The notes beneath the pieces are model-generated. The model made no database searches, was not told the DNA's origin, and worked only from the letters and a program-made list of their open reading frames with translations. From the NCBI GenBank assembly GCA_008632985.1, contig QPGO01000002.1:496001-560000 (forward strand): 64,000 nt of DNA, given 5' to 3'. Below are positions 1 to 13,666 of the stretch, in pieces (positions within the stretch are counted from its first letter, which is position 1; the number at the start of each line of letters is the position of its first letter). Source of the DNA: Psammoneis japonica. Lineage: Eukaryota. A program made the position numbers and the translations under genes.

Positions 1-911
1 GGGGCCCAACGGAACGTCGACTTAAAAAAAACTATTCTAGGTTCGGGGAAAGCAGCTACTGCCAAACGACTGAAAGCAACAGTAAGGAAGTAGAGACGGG
101 GGAGGACCCTCACAGTATACTTCACTAAGGATTCGAATGGTGTCCTGTCTCTCTTCTCATAGTTTGAATGTACGACTTTCTGTCGCGAGATGCACTCCGG
201 CATCGCGCCGTACACAGCATTGTATATGGAAAGTAGCCTTGGTAGTACTGTTTCAGAGAAGTCGAGGTGACAGTTTTCTTCCAGACTAAACGTAAGCTCA
301 ATGAAAAAGGAACAATCCTCCGCACTGTTCTCTTCATCAGATCGGAGCTACAGGAGAAATGATGACTCCATTTCCAATCTCCATCTGGATGGAATTGCAG
401 TCAAATGTTACCTCCACCTTGTGCGACTTATACGCCGCTGTATCGACTGCGACATGTGAACTGGACGCAACAAGATGAGGAAACATTTCTCCAGTATTTC
501 CACTTTCTCCTATCCTCGGTTCTCTCGGTTTTTTGTAATTATCTTATATACCCGTCGTGATCGAACCTGCAAGCCAGTCGACAAGAATGCTTTGCTGCAG
601 ATTCATGACAGTCTCGACTGGACATAGCATTCCGTTGGGAACTTTCCTGCTTCATCGTAACGTCATGATAACATGTGGCCTTTCTCCTTTTCTAGCCTGT
701 GTGCATGAGGAACGACTCCATCACAGTTGCTGACGAAAAATGCTGCGCCAGTCGGACCTCATCTTCCCGCTTTCATCCTTAGCACGTCCAAAAAAGAGAG
801 GTCAAAATGAGATTGGGGAGTTTAGAAGTTCGATGAAGGAAGAATCCCAAATTGTTCATCAAATTTTCATTGTCTTATGCGGCGCAAAAAAGGAGAGCGA
901 TAAGGAAAGAA

Positions 912-3559
912 TCAAATATCAATGGAGGCTGGTACTTCTGAAGGATGTAGATAGCGATAGACCGGTTTCCCTCGGAGCCTTTTCCACTTGTTTCGCCTAT
1001 CGATTCGCTTCCCAATAATTGCAAGCCTTCTCTTGAAATCGTCATACGATCTTGTTCCGACACCTTTGTCAAATTCTCCATCAAGATTGTCAATGCAATG
1101 CCCGGTTTGAAAGGTGAGCGTGTGTACTGTGGAAATCGTTTCTTCCGCATATGGTACGCTTGGCATCGTCGCGTTAAACAAATCATGGCGAGTGATTCGA
1201 CCGATTTCAGCTTTCGTGGGAAGATCCCCGCGTATGTGCAGGGGCTTGTTGGGGACATAAGCAAAGAACTGAAGAAAAAGCACGAGTACAACACCAAAAA
1301 ATGCTTGAGCATAGAAAATGTTTTCAGTTTTAACCGAAAACAAGCGAATCTCACCTCATACTGTGGAAAGTTCAATGCTGCATGCAGCCCACCCGTCATC
1401 CAGCTTAGCGTTTGCAACACTTTCGCAACACTTTCTTTGTTTTCGAACCGAGACGGAAAGCCGGGAACGGCGCCTCGATCGGGCGCGACCGTCTCCTGAG
1501 CCCATTCCTGCAAGTCTTTATCTACCCGGACAGCAGCATCAGAACTATACACTTCGTTAACAAAGTCAGTCGCAAACTTGCCATATGTATCCCAGAGCTC
1601 CAATCCGTCCTCGCGATAAAAGTAGTTGGGCATGTCAAAGGACTGGTCAAAACCACGTTGCTCCAATTCGTGAGGTAAACCCGATGAGTTGAAGAAATCG
1701 TATCGGGACCAGTAAAGCGAAATCAACTGAACAAACTGCCCTGTACCAACTGAAGTCATGTAATCACCAAAGCTGTTGTCAGCAAACTTGGCCAATGTTT
1801 GTCTCGCTGCCCCTGTGATGCGGCGTGCACAATTGCCGCAGAGTCAACAGGATGAGGAAAGAAACCAACCAATCCGGTCACGCCTTATTACATTCATTGA
1901 CCTACTTACAATTGAGAAGAAGAGTGTCTTTGCATATCGGCTTGAGATACCTATACAACGGATGTTTCTTTTGCTTCAAAGTGTTGTGAATGGCAATAAT
2001 GTGTGGCTCCATTGTCAGATGTGTCTTTCCAAGATGACTAACCCACTATGCGAGAGAACGCCAGAGCAACGCATGATTGAGGCAAACCCTTGAATTTCAA
2101 CTTGTCAAATGATAATGGAAGTAGCACAAGCGCTCGTTTCATGACCAAGACATGCCGCAATCTCGAATATATACGTACCTCGTGCATTTGAGAATCTGCA
2201 CTAGTGAGACAAGCCTTTACAAATGTCCATTCATCAGATGAAGTGTTGTGTTTTGTGTATACCTTGGCATCGTCCGTCCGATCCAGCTGAATACCCAAAA
2301 TATCCATCTCTTGTCTTGTCTCATCCAACTCGAACAACACAATGGGGGCATGAAAGAATCTCTTTTCCAATTGCCGTCGTGGTTGGTCTGACGGCGGAGC
2401 GTCATTCATGGGTGGCGGGTACGACAAGTGAGGGTTCTTGCTATATTCCTTTTCCAAAATCTTGGCAATGTCATCGTAGCTCACATAAAGTAATCGCTTT
2501 TCGTTCTGTAAATACTCGAGCTTGTCTTTTCCAAAGTGCTCCACCAAGGGTTTGGACAGTTGTGCGTCGATATTTTTTACAACGCAAATCATGACCGGGT
2601 TGACTCCGCATAGAAATTGTCGAGCCACCTCCTTGTCTTCTTGCCAATGGTTGTAGACGTATTTTGGAAGTGGCACCCAATTGAAGGGATTTGGCAAAAT
2701 CCACAGCAAACGGTTGCGTGTGAAAAAGGCACGGTACCTGTCACTCGGAGACTTGGCTCGTCGGACATTGTCGGCCCGAAGCTTCATGCCGATGCGATTT
2801 CGATTAATGTGTCGCAAGAGACGCAGAATTTTCTTGATGGAAAAGAAATACTCCAGAGGTGGCCGGCCGTCCAGCATTTTCATCATTTGGGACGACAAAT
2901 CCACGTCCGGGTACTGTGTAAGAGAAGATGGCGTCGGTATTTGAGTTTGGCCGTCGTGTCAGCGTTGCTTGGATACAGAAATCGATTGATACAAAGACTC
3001 TAATGGTCAATAAACTCACTTCTGGATGACAAGGGTAGGTGATATACTCTAATTTCTCTTTTGTATACTCATCCTTGTCGAGCAGCAGTTTGATGAGATC
3101 GATTGCACCCCGGAGAATCGACTTGTCGTCCACGTCTCCTTCAGATTCTGAAAAGACCTTCTTTTTCTCGAGTCGTTTGCGAAACAAGAAATTCCAAAAC
3201 GATCTGGATTTATTTGGATCCTTTACTGATTTTGCAGTTTTTGTGGCTCCGTCGTCGTTACCAATGACCTCCTCCAGGAGTTGCGGGTCGTCGTTGGAAT
3301 CCACAACACGCTCCAACACCTTGAGAGAAGTTTCCAGTACCTTTCGAGTCTTGCTGCCATCAGCATCAGTATCCATGGAAGGATCAAAATCGCCAAGGTC
3401 GTTCAGCTCCTGAACCATGGATCCCCACAATCGAGTAAAGGGGCGTGCCGACTCTGCCTTGTAGCTAGTACCAGGACGCAGAAAAGATTCTGCGAATGGT
3501 GAAAGGGCCAGCGAAAGTGTCGGCATTGTCGCAGCGAAAAGCAAAAGGCACCGCTTCAT
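912..3559 (-). CDS. LOX: Lipoxygenase with N-terminal signal/plastid-type presequence, 5 exons
   Basis: The spliced product reads HEWVSHLGKTHLTMEPHIIAIHNTL..KHPLYRYLKP..DTLLLN (LOX His cluster), HAALNFPQY and C-terminal PASIDI (iron-ligand Ile), plus W..DKEVARQFLCGVNP. GT-AG introns at about 3019-2914, 2178-2046, 1909-1814 and near 1354-1271. ATG at 3559 (MKRCLLLFAA). Confidence 0.93.
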
Positions 3560-4053
3560 GATTCTCTTGATTGATTTCTTTAACAACGTCTCAATAGGGA
3601 TTGCACTACGGAAAAAGGTGAGCAACACAGAGACGCTAAGATAGCACTTTGTATCTTCGTTGTGTCTTTTGCGGATCTTCACACGCAGCGGTCGCTCAAC
3701 CAAAGATCCTGTGATGACAACAGCAACTGATGAAAAGATTTTCGATTGCCAGATTGATTGGAAGATACCGCACCACGTACGTTGGACTATTTTCGATTGA
3801 TATCCAAAGCCACAAATACGGATGTTAGTATTAAAAATATTTTCGAAAAATATAGTTATGCCCTCTCACATCAACGAAAGCCAAACAGGACTTGAGTTAC
3901 GCGATTACGTAGAAATTGTACCACGGGATACACGATTTCCCGCAAAAAACAGAGAAGCCAGAAGCGTGGCGAAATCGTGCTGTTTCGCAACAAAAAACCA
4001 CAACGATTCCACGAACAACAGACGAGACAACAGTACTTGCAAAGAACAAGACC

Positions 4054-4998
4054 ATGGTCTCTTTTCCCCGCATCGCCGCCCTTTCGTTGGGTCTCTTGAT
4101 GTCATCTACCCATGCTCTTGAAGACAAAAACGGACTAAGCACTCAGGTGAACTTTTTCGATCCAGAGTACAAGACGGGCGTGACCTATGTTGAATCGTCC
4201 GTGCTTCATCAGACTTCCACGGTGAATGTCGCCGGACAAGACATGGATACCATTTTGGATATGGACATGACGAATGAAATGACGGTTGCCGATCTAGAAG
4301 AGGGTGGAAAGGAAATTACTCTGACGTATACTCATATCGCCATGGATATGGAAACCATGGGAATGCATTTCAAGTTTGACAGCAACGAAGAGGCCCCGTC
4401 CACTAAGAAGAAGAAGAATGGCCTCGATCCTTTTGCCATGCTTGGTGATTTGGTGGGAGAGCCCATGAAGATTATCGTTGATGATGATTACCATGTTGTC
4501 CGAGTCGAAACTGGTTCTTCGAATTTGCTCCTGGAGAGTCTCCGCAGCAACGATGCCACCAAGGACTTGGCCTCGGCCAAGCAGTTTGAACAGACTGCGA
4601 GCATCGTAAGATCGCTGCCTGCAATTGGCGTGTCGCCCGGTGACAAGTGGGATTTCAATTTGGATATGGAAAATGACATGATTCACTTTGAAGGCGAAGG
4701 AACATTGGTGGGATATGATCCGTGCGAGAAGAATACCAAGCACCAGTGTGCCACGATTCTCATGGATGGTGAAATGAACATGGACCTTTCCAAGGTTCCC
4801 GTGCCGGGTGCCGGAGGCATGAAGGTCAAGGATGGCAAAATGGCAACGACCGTGTCGTGGGATATGGACGATAAATTTGCTCGCTCGACCGGAATCACGA
4901 CGGAAATGACCATGGAGATGAATAATCCTTTGGACAATTCGGTCATGGAGATTCCCATTCATCAAACTGTCGAGGTGGAAATGTATGTCCTCATGTAA
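4054..4998 (+). CDS. Secreted protein resembling the bacterial DUF6263 family, intronless
   Basis: Signal peptide MVSFPRIAALSLGLLMSSTHA, then Met-rich beta strands (ITLTYTHIAMDMETMGMHFKFDS, LVGEPMKIIVD, LPAIGVSPGDKW). Family assignment is by recognition only. Confidence 0.6.
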   Translation: MVSFPRIAALSLGLLMSSTHALEDKNGLSTQVNFFDPEYKTGVTYVESSVLHQTSTVNVAGQDMDTILDMDMTNEMTVADLEEGGKEITLTYTHIAMDMETMGMHFKFDSNEEAPSTKKKKNGLDPFAMLGDLVGEPMKIIVDDDYHVVRVETGSSNLLLESLRSNDATKDLASAKQFEQTASIVRSLPAIGVSPGDKWDFNLDMENDMIHFEGEGTLVGYDPCEKNTKHQCATILMDGEMNMDLSKVPVPGAGGMKVKDGKMATTVSWDMDDKFARSTGITTEMTMEMNNPLDNSVMEIPIHQTVEVEMYVLM

Positions 4999-5169
4999 GA
5001 AAACAGGACTCTTGGCGTCTTTTTGTCTCGTTAGAGATAGGGAAGGAGGTGTGCGTAGCTGTATAAATTTTGTATTTGAATTAGTTATCATTTCAGCTTA
5101 GACAATGCTTTTGTTTGTGAGGAAGAGCAAAGCAAGGCAGTGGGAGATTTCGAGATCGCCGCACTAAAC

Positions 5170-6270
5170 ATCATCGCTCATTTGGGTGATGTGGCAAACA
5201 ACGAGGTGGCATTTGCATGCATCAATGTCTGGTCCTGGCTAGACAGGACAACAAGAAGGTTGAGATCACTCTCCAGAACCAGGTCAGCACCTCAGTGACA
5301 CAACCCTTGCACTTCTTCTGCTGGCTCGCTCATCTCAGCAGCATGAACAATCATGTTCAGATCTCTGCCTCACATCCAGGCTTCCATTTGATGAAAGCAC
5401 ATTTGTGCACAGGCGGCCATTGTTGGCATGAAACAGGCACCTTCAGAGTGTGACACACACACCGGCTCTGATGGCCCTGCTGCTGCAACAAGAACGCTTT
5501 GCTGCCCGCCTCTGCTTTGTGCTCCTCTCTGTGCACCATCTTCAGCAGCCTCTTTGGAAAGGACAAAGTGCCGCTCTTTTGTCAAAATCTTCATTGTTGC
5601 CAGTCATTGATTTTGTTTGTGATCTCTGCATTGCCGCTGCAGAGCGCCTCAAAGAGCCCACGGTGCCCCCCTGCACAGGAGGAGATGTTCACACACATTT
5701 CTTTTTCTCCCTGTGTGTGTGAAAAGGCCTGTTCCAGCTCCAGGTGATCCGCTTTTCATCACGAGAGAGGCCGATTTTCTGCGCAGTTTGGCGTGTTGAA
5801 CTCCTTCAGTTTTGATCGTTTCGAAAATCAAAAGGCAAGTGTGCACCCAAAAATGCATGTAAAGTGTGCACTTGCCCCTTGATTTGGCAAAAAACGGGTT
5901 TTGAAAAAGTTCAATGTGCCAAATGCACAAATTGCCAAATGATTGGAATCGAACCCGCGCGGATCACCTGGAGCTGGAACAGGCCAAAAGCCCATGTGGC
6001 CTCCAACCAATGACAAGAAAGCCATCAACTTGACCAAGATTGCAGCAGTTCTGGTTGACTTCAATGAGTGGCATCTCAACTCAACCTTCCACGCATGCAG
6101 GCCAGCAGCGGCGCCCTCCCTCCCAACACTTTCGGGCTGACACCCCGCCAACTGCCAATCCATGTAGCCAGGGCCACCTCACTCATGAGATGGGGCAAGC
6201 AACCAGAACACAGCGCCATGGGCTCTGCACAAGATTGTGCCAAAGCCGATGATTTGGTTTGAATTTGATG
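5170..6270. repeat. Decayed repeat block, TpA-depleted
   Basis: Only about 3 TpA in 1.1 kb, TG/CA-rich, contains the MITE, no credible ORF. Confidence 0.6.
5726..5985. mobile_element. 260-bp MITE with perfect 27-bp TIRs, Tourist/PIF-Harbinger-like
   Basis: GGCCTGTTCCAGCTCCAGGTGATCCGC at 5726-5752 and its exact reverse complement at 5959-5985. AAAA on both flanks (possible target duplication). No coding capacity. Confidence 0.8.
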
Positions 6271-6653
6271 AGGTTTATTTCAGAGAGCCGACCCGGAGCC
6301 CCGAAACGACGCGATGCGAGGCGTCTGACAAAAAGTTGTACAGTAATGCATAAAACCGGATACAATTATGACTAGACATCTCAAGTACTGTACATTCCAT
6401 ACCGGTACAACTTATTCTTCTCCAACGGCTCACCATAAGTAAATCCTTCGTGACACCGGATGGTAAAAATGTCAACGCGCACATCATCGGCCGCCATCGG
6501 CCGTTGAAACGCTTGCGTCTCATTTTTTGGTGAGAGCCACGACTGCATCTTGTGCACACTAACACCGCAGTTAGGCCTCCATGTCCGAGGAGGAAGAGGA
6601 ATTGCGCGACTGTTTCTCATTTTCACAGCACACATAAAAACAACAGGAGCGCC

Positions 6654-9600
6654 ATGGTTGACAAGGAAGACGGTTTGCTTGACTGGTGTCCGGGGAAAGA
6701 GAGTGGCACAACGAGTGAAGTAGAGAGTGATTGGTGTTCGCAGTATGAAGATACGTCGTACCCACCCATATTGGAAGGTCGCACTGCCACAAAGCACGGT
6801 GCAAATCAATTCAACAATGCTCATCAGGAGACCCCAGATGAAACTGACTGGAAAGTTGACGTGATCGAAGACCACCGTGAGAGTTTTAACAACGTTGCCG
6901 ATCTTGGTTTTGGGATTTCTAACGCAAGGCCGTATTTGCAAGACCAATTTCCTGGGCCGACTGAAAGTGATGAGTTAGAAACCCAGAGTAAATTCAAGTG
7001 GTTCAACAATATTTCCGGTGGCAGGATAAGGAACGAGCACAGCCGTGCTGGCTTTAGAGCTGTTAGTCGTACGACTGATCTGAGTGATCATGCTGGCAAG
7101 GATTGGTCACCCAGACTAGATCAGGAACGAACTATGCCGATCAGGTTCTTACTAGAGAGAAGCGCTGATATGAGGACGCAATTCTACACTTTGGTTCATT
7201 CTTTCGTCACGTCTAAGGATTTCTCTGAAAAGACCAAAGCTACAGAAGAATCTGAATATAAATATGAAGAAACATTCCAGTTCAACAAGATTGGACTCTC
7301 AACTGAAGAAGCTGCTGACAAACTTTCAAAATATGGGCCAAACAAACTCCCGGAAAAAAATGATCCCAAGTGGCTTGTATTTCTCCGTCAGTTTTGGGCT
7401 CCGATGCCCATGATGATTTGGTACGTGGATGAGATCTGCCGCAGAAGTCGTAGATCTTGAGCGTCACTCAACATTGGTTTTGCATTTCTTTCTCGCTATA
7501 GGATCGTAATTGTCGTTGAGATTATCATTTCCAACTACATTGATATGGCTATACTCTTGCTGATTCAGATCGCGAATGCCTCGATTAGTTTTTATGAAAC
7601 GAATAAAGCCGGGAATGCAATCGCTGCTCTGAAGTCCAGCCTTAAGCCTACCGCCACATGTAAGCGAGACGGTGAGTGGAAGGTGATCAACGCAGCTGGC
7701 CTTGTTCCAGGCGATACCATTCTTCTTGGTAGCGGTTCGACTATCCCAGCTGACTGCCGCGTCAACGACTCCGAAATCGATGTGGACCAGGCAGCCCTTA
7801 CGGGAGAATCCTTTCCCGTCACATTCTATAAAGGAGACTCTTGTAAGATGGGTTCCACTGTTGTCCGGGGCGAAGTTGAGGCAACGGTAGAGTTTACTGG
7901 CTCGGAAACATCCTTTGGAAAGACAGCTGGATTGCTGCAAGACACACATGAACGCTCTCATCTGCAAAAGATTCTTATGGTGAGTGTCAATGCTATCGAC
8001 TAGCACCCACTAATAGCTGGCGCTGTCTTTCTCACATCCGTTCTCGCCACCATATTTTGACAGGCAATCGTAGTCGTTTTGGTAACACTATCTCTTCTGT
8101 GTTGCATCATCAACCTTTTATATCTACAGATTAATGGAGTAGATGTCAAAGAGGCCATGTCGTTTACGATTGTACTCTTGGTAGCGTCGATACCCCTGGC
8201 AATTGAGATCGTTACGACTACTACTTTGGCCATTGGATCAAAGAATCTTGTCAAACACGGAGCTATTGTAGCAAAACTTTCAGCCATTGAAGATATGGCC
8301 GGTATGTCTATACTTTGCAGTGATAAGACCGGTACTTTGACGCAGAACAAGATGGTTCTCCAATGCGATACTCCCATCTACATTGAAGGAGAGACGCAAG
8401 AGACGGTCCTAGTTAATGCTGCAATGGCAGCAAAGTGGAAGGAGCCTCCACGCGATGCGTTGGACAGACTTACACTCGGAGCAGTCAACATGTCGCTCCT
8501 GGAGCCGTACAAGCAAATTGAGTACCTGCCATTCGACCCTCAAATAAAGCGGAGTGAGGGGACAGTCGAGGACACTCGCACGGGAGTGCGTTTTAAGACG
8601 TCCAAGGGTGCACCGCACATCATATTGGGGCTTCTTGGTGACGAGGAAGTGACGGTTCGTGAAGCTGTTGAAAGAGATGTGGTCCGTTTAGGCAAGATGG
8701 GTATTCGATCATTGGCCGTCGCTCGGACCGACCCCGACTCAGGTACCTGGAAAATTGTGGGTCTCTTGACGTTCATGGACCCACCTCGCCCTGACGCTAA
8801 GCAGACAATAAAGGAAGCTCGTGAGAACGGTGTCCAGGTGAAGATGATTACTGGAGATCATCTCGTAATTGCGCAGAACACTGCTGAGCAGCTCGAGATG
8901 GGAAGCAGAATCTTTCCCTCGGAGAGTCTTCCAGTTCTTGATCCCGAAACAAAGGTCAAGCCCGTTGATCTTTCTGAGAAATACGGAGATCTGGTGCAAA
9001 TTGCGGATGGATTTGCTCAAGTTGACCCTGAGCACAAGTACCTGATCGTCGAGTGTTTACGCGAGTTACACTACACTGTAAGTAAAATATCGCTTTGCAG
9101 TTAAGGGGGACTGAACATGTCTAACATGCGACCATTGAACGAAAACCCAGGTCGGTATGACTGGTGATGGAGTGAATGATGCCCCGGCTCTCAAAATAGC
9201 AGATGTCGGAATTGCGGTTCATGGAGCCACTGATGCTGCCCGTGCTGCAGCCGACATCGTCCTTACACAGGAAGGTCTCGGAACTATTATCCACGGCATT
9301 GTGATTGCTCGAGAAATCTTCCAGAGAATCAACAATTTCATCACCTACCGTATTGCTGCGACCCTTCAACTGCTCTTTTTCTTTTTCATTGCAATCTTTG
9401 CTTTCCATCCATCTGACTACCAGCCTTACTGGCCCGATTTTTTTCACGTGCCCGTTCTCATGTTGATGCGTACGTTCTCGGATTTGTTGCTTGCTGCTTT
9501 GGATTTTGTAATCACAAACTCATACGTTTTTACTTCCTATCACCCTGTCTATTCGCAGTGATCACGCTATTGAACGATGGTACTCTCATCACCATTGCGT

Positions 9601-10205
9601 ACGACTATGCGGATCCAAGCCCTTCACCAGACAAGTGGAATCTTCCCGTACTCTTCATGGCAAGCTCTACACTCGGTGCAGTGTCATGTGTCAGTTCTTT
9701 ACTCCTTCTCTGGTTTCTGCTTGATAGCTGGAATCCAGATGGTTTTTTCCAGAGATTGGGAATGGAGCCAGTCGAATATGGCAAGATCATCACTTCAATT
9801 TACCTGAAGGTTTCGGTTTCTGATTTCTTGACTCTCTTTAGTGCAAGAACGGGTCGCCGCTTTTTTTGGCAGGTCAATCCGGCGCCGGTGCTTTTGTTCG
9901 GTGGAGTCTTTGCTTTGACCTTGTCGTCGGTCCTAGCCATCTTCTGGCCCGAGAGCGTGCTAGACGATATTCCAGTAAACGGCCTTCGAGGAGATATGGG
10001 TCTCTTTGCATTCGTATGGATCTTCTGTGTCTTTTTCTGGTTCGTTCAGGATCTCATGAAGGTCCTGGTGTACTTGTGGATGTACAAAATCAACTTTCAC
10101 GATATTGGCACTAGTGGAGTGGTTTTGCCCCCCGACCATGGGAAGCAGTTGGGCGAGGTGTTTGATGATACGCTTGAGAAGAGAAATACAGCAATTACAA
10201 AGTAG
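6654..10205 (+). CDS. Plasma-membrane H+-ATPase (P3A P-type ATPase), 5 exons
   Basis: Motifs [60 protein letters not shown] and LLNDG. Introns at about 7422-7501, 7980-8062, 9078-9150 and 9469-9558. Confidence 0.95.
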
Positions 10206-10339
10206 TGGTGCTCCATTTTGTCCTAAGTGGTGTAAGTTTCTTTAGTTAAATTATTTGTCTCTATTTTTATCTCCCGCGAGACAAGTTGGCGATTGCTGCT
10301 GGATACAAACTCATCGAAGTCGAGGTAAGCAACAGTGAA

Positions 10340-11960
10340 CCATGCTTCTTGAGCATTCCTGCTCACCGCACATGCACATCTCATCTTTTCAACTCCTTTT
10401 GTGAAGTTGCCGCCATCACCAGCGAATGTTCTACAGCTCGATGACGTTTCAGCTTAAGATGTGGCAGCAGCAAATCAAAGCCTTGCCATTGATTTTGCCA
10501 AGTCTTTTGTGCAAGAGGGGAAAAAAGACACAGACCTTCTCCCAGATGAGGCCAACACAAACATTGACAATCATTGTCATCGTGGGCATCATTTCACTGG
10601 CGGCAAAGAAGATCCGATTGCGGTGAAGACGTTCATTTTCTGGCTGCAAATGGGCCACCTGGGTGCCATCACATGTCTCAGGGACATTGCGTGCCTTCTT
10701 CTGCCTGTGGTGCAGAACACCCATTTTAGCTCATGGCAGCAACATGTTCATTGTCCCCCCTGCAAACTGGCTGCTTCCAAATGAGCCTGGCCCCACTCAT
10801 GGTGATGATGATCTGCTTGGTCGCTCTTGTGTTCCTCCATGAGAAGCTTGTGATTGTGATCACAAAAGTCACAATTTGTGTCAAAAGCAAGGTTGCCAGT
10901 TGACTTTGCTTGATCCAAACAGCCGGTCACCTTGTTGGAACTCAGCTGTTCTTTGCCATTTTCTTCACGACCTTGACATCCGACAAAAATGTGACCCCGT
11001 GCTTGGTGTGGCTGTTGATGGGTCCACCTTGGCAGTGCACTTGCTGAGCAACAGTGTGGCCAATTTGTGATGCTTGGAGTGTGGATTGCACGGGACTCTT
11101 CTTGCAGCTCTGGCACTTCCTTGTCAGCCACGCACCTCCTTTGCAAAGACAAAGGTGAGGGCCCATTTGCTGTGCCCGCAATCATGAGGGTTCCCAACCC
11201 AAAATTCTCACCACCTCTTAAAGTGATGCCACAACCACTGACAACATTGAAGGCGCCACCTGTCACACCACCATGAGCGAACCTGAGTGCCTGAGTTGGA
11301 AATCGCGCATTCTGCAAAGCAGTTGCCAGAGATTCCTCTCATTTTCTGTTCTTCCACCATTTTCTTGTCACACAGTTGCTGGGCTTGTTGTTGTTCTTTG
11401 ATTCTAAAATCTTCAGCACATTGTGAGCGCCCAGCAAGAAAGCCCGCATTTCCTCAAAAGCCTGTGCCGACAGGGCTGCCTTGTCAGAGTGGCTGTGTCT
11501 GTTTTTGCAGCACTGCCGCGGCAACATGATGACTCTCTCTCTCTCACTGCTCATCAGAAGCCACAAGCAGTGAGAGAAAGCGCTGATGGAGAAAGAAGCA
11601 CAAGAGGCGATTGGTGTGCTGCATCGTTGAAACAAACCACAAACCATCATGGTGAGAAAGTAAGAAACGAATGCGGTCGGCGGTCGGAGTTCAGAGTGCC
11701 GAAGTGCATGGCGAATTCGCGCGATTTGGCGGGTCCTGCTGTGACGCGTGCATCGTCACACTTCGTCACAAGCATGACCAGGCATGACAACACACACGTC
11801 ATCATTGTTCGTCACTCATGTGTGGTTCCAACTTTGGCAACATTGCAGTGCAGTGCAGCATCTAGCCCTGCAGCACTCAATGTTGGATTGCAGTCTAGAT
11901 GCACAGACTCTACAGCACGCTGACTTTGGCGATCAATTGCATGTCATCACGCGTCACCTC
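10340..11960. repeat. Decayed repeat/TE block, TpA-depleted
   Basis: About 9 TpA in 1.6 kb, only Cys/His-rich overlapping junk ORFs. Family not identifiable. Confidence 0.55.
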
Positions 11961-13666
11961 ACCAATAAAACCGCTTGGACTGCCACGACTGTATCTCCAG
12001 CACAAATCGTACGTGGGGAACAAACGGCACATCGATGGAAAGCTGAGAATCTGCTCTTTCCGACGGTGCCTTTACCGTGGTCTCTGGTAGATGTTTAGAG
12101 TGAACTAGAAACGATCAAAGTTGAAGTGATGTACATTTTACGTAGGTATTCATATGAAATGACGTGTACATATATTTATATATGACATTTATGATGTACA
12201 TAACGGGGTCATTTCGTGCGTTCAGAGACACCGTCAGTAGGAAACAGTATGGTTCCTACGGGCGAAAGCGAATAAGACTAAAGTGCTTATTCGAAACCAA
12301 ATACTTGGAATTTTCGGTCGATAGTTGCGCATATTTGTACTAAAAACAATAAGGAAATGAACTGTCGGCGGACCCATTCTGGAAAATCAGCAGAATGGGT
12401 CTGTTTTGAGTTTTCGAAAACCAGCTGTGTCGAAAAATCGACTTTCTGATCGTTTTTCGCATTAGGTCCGCCGACAGATCGAAAGAAAATGGTCGATTTT
12501 GGTATGTAAGGTGTGCTCAAAATTTTAATTTGACCAATTTTGGGTTTAGAATAAGAGGTGGCAGGTGAAACAGTTTTACGTGCAGCCCAGCGTACGAGAA
12601 ATCCGCCCCATGATTGCAGATCCCGTTTTTGGGAATGCAAGATGTCAAGAAAGCACTAAACAAGTTTGCACAAACTGGGGTCAAGCAGGAGAGTTTGCGT
12701 TTGGAACACTTTGGGTTCTTTCCCAAGAAGGAGACAAAGACGAAGGCCAGGAGGACACACTACTAGAGCTCTATATTGTTGACCTTGGGCGCCTGACCAA
12801 GTGTAACGCCAACGAAGACAAGAGAGCGTGGGTACAGTCATCGGCTGAAGCACTGGAAACGGCTTTTCCATCATTGTCTGTTTGTAACAATAGTTATCTC
12901 GGGCGAAGAGTCACGCTGGGAGCCACGCTTTCAGATTGAAGATCAAGTGTGTCGTTGTAGTAGATACGGAAGAAGATGGTGAGGATGTCGTTAGACTTTA
13001 GTCTCAGGGGGCGTACGCTTGCGGCGACTGCTCATAATCACTGGCGCCGCCAGCAGAGAATGACAAACATCATCCGATAGTCAATGTAAGCCTTTCATAA
13101 CGATAGCCAAGCGTTTGTTACTGATCCCTATACAATTTTCTGCATCCAGAAGCTCGTGGTAGAGAGTTGGAAGACTTTTATGCAACAGAGGCTACTTTTG
13201 CTGTAGATCACTTTCGCCAGTATGAAATTCGAGAGATGCTCTATTCACCCATGATCGGTAAAACCAGATCCATTCAAGCGATCGTGTCAGGCCAAGCCAC
13301 ACGGACGACGTTGGAGCAAGCATAGTGGTCCGCGCCTTCTTGATAGGGCAGGATACTTGGATTAGGTTTTACTTTGCATTCGAATGGATACAAGAGAGTT
13401 GAGCAACAAGCTGCTAGAAAGTGCCGGGCTCTATGCAGCAGAGGTGTAGAGTCGCTATCACAAATCGACGAGTCGCCCTTCCATTCTTACCTGCACTCAC
13501 TAGAGGTCCGCCCTTCCCTCTCTTGTTAATACTTTGCTTACCCACATTTTCCATGATATGTCTGCTGAAAATCTAGAGTGTTCGACCTCTACCGGAGGCC
13601 TTCAGGGAGAGAATTGGGATTAGAACGTGATCCTTGCGTACAAAGCTACACTATTTCTTGCATTAT

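Noticed and set aside
12200..13600. Possible MITE (12205-12610) and short ORF 12565-12939
   Set aside because: Only a weak, imperfect inverted match and no recognisable protein motif.
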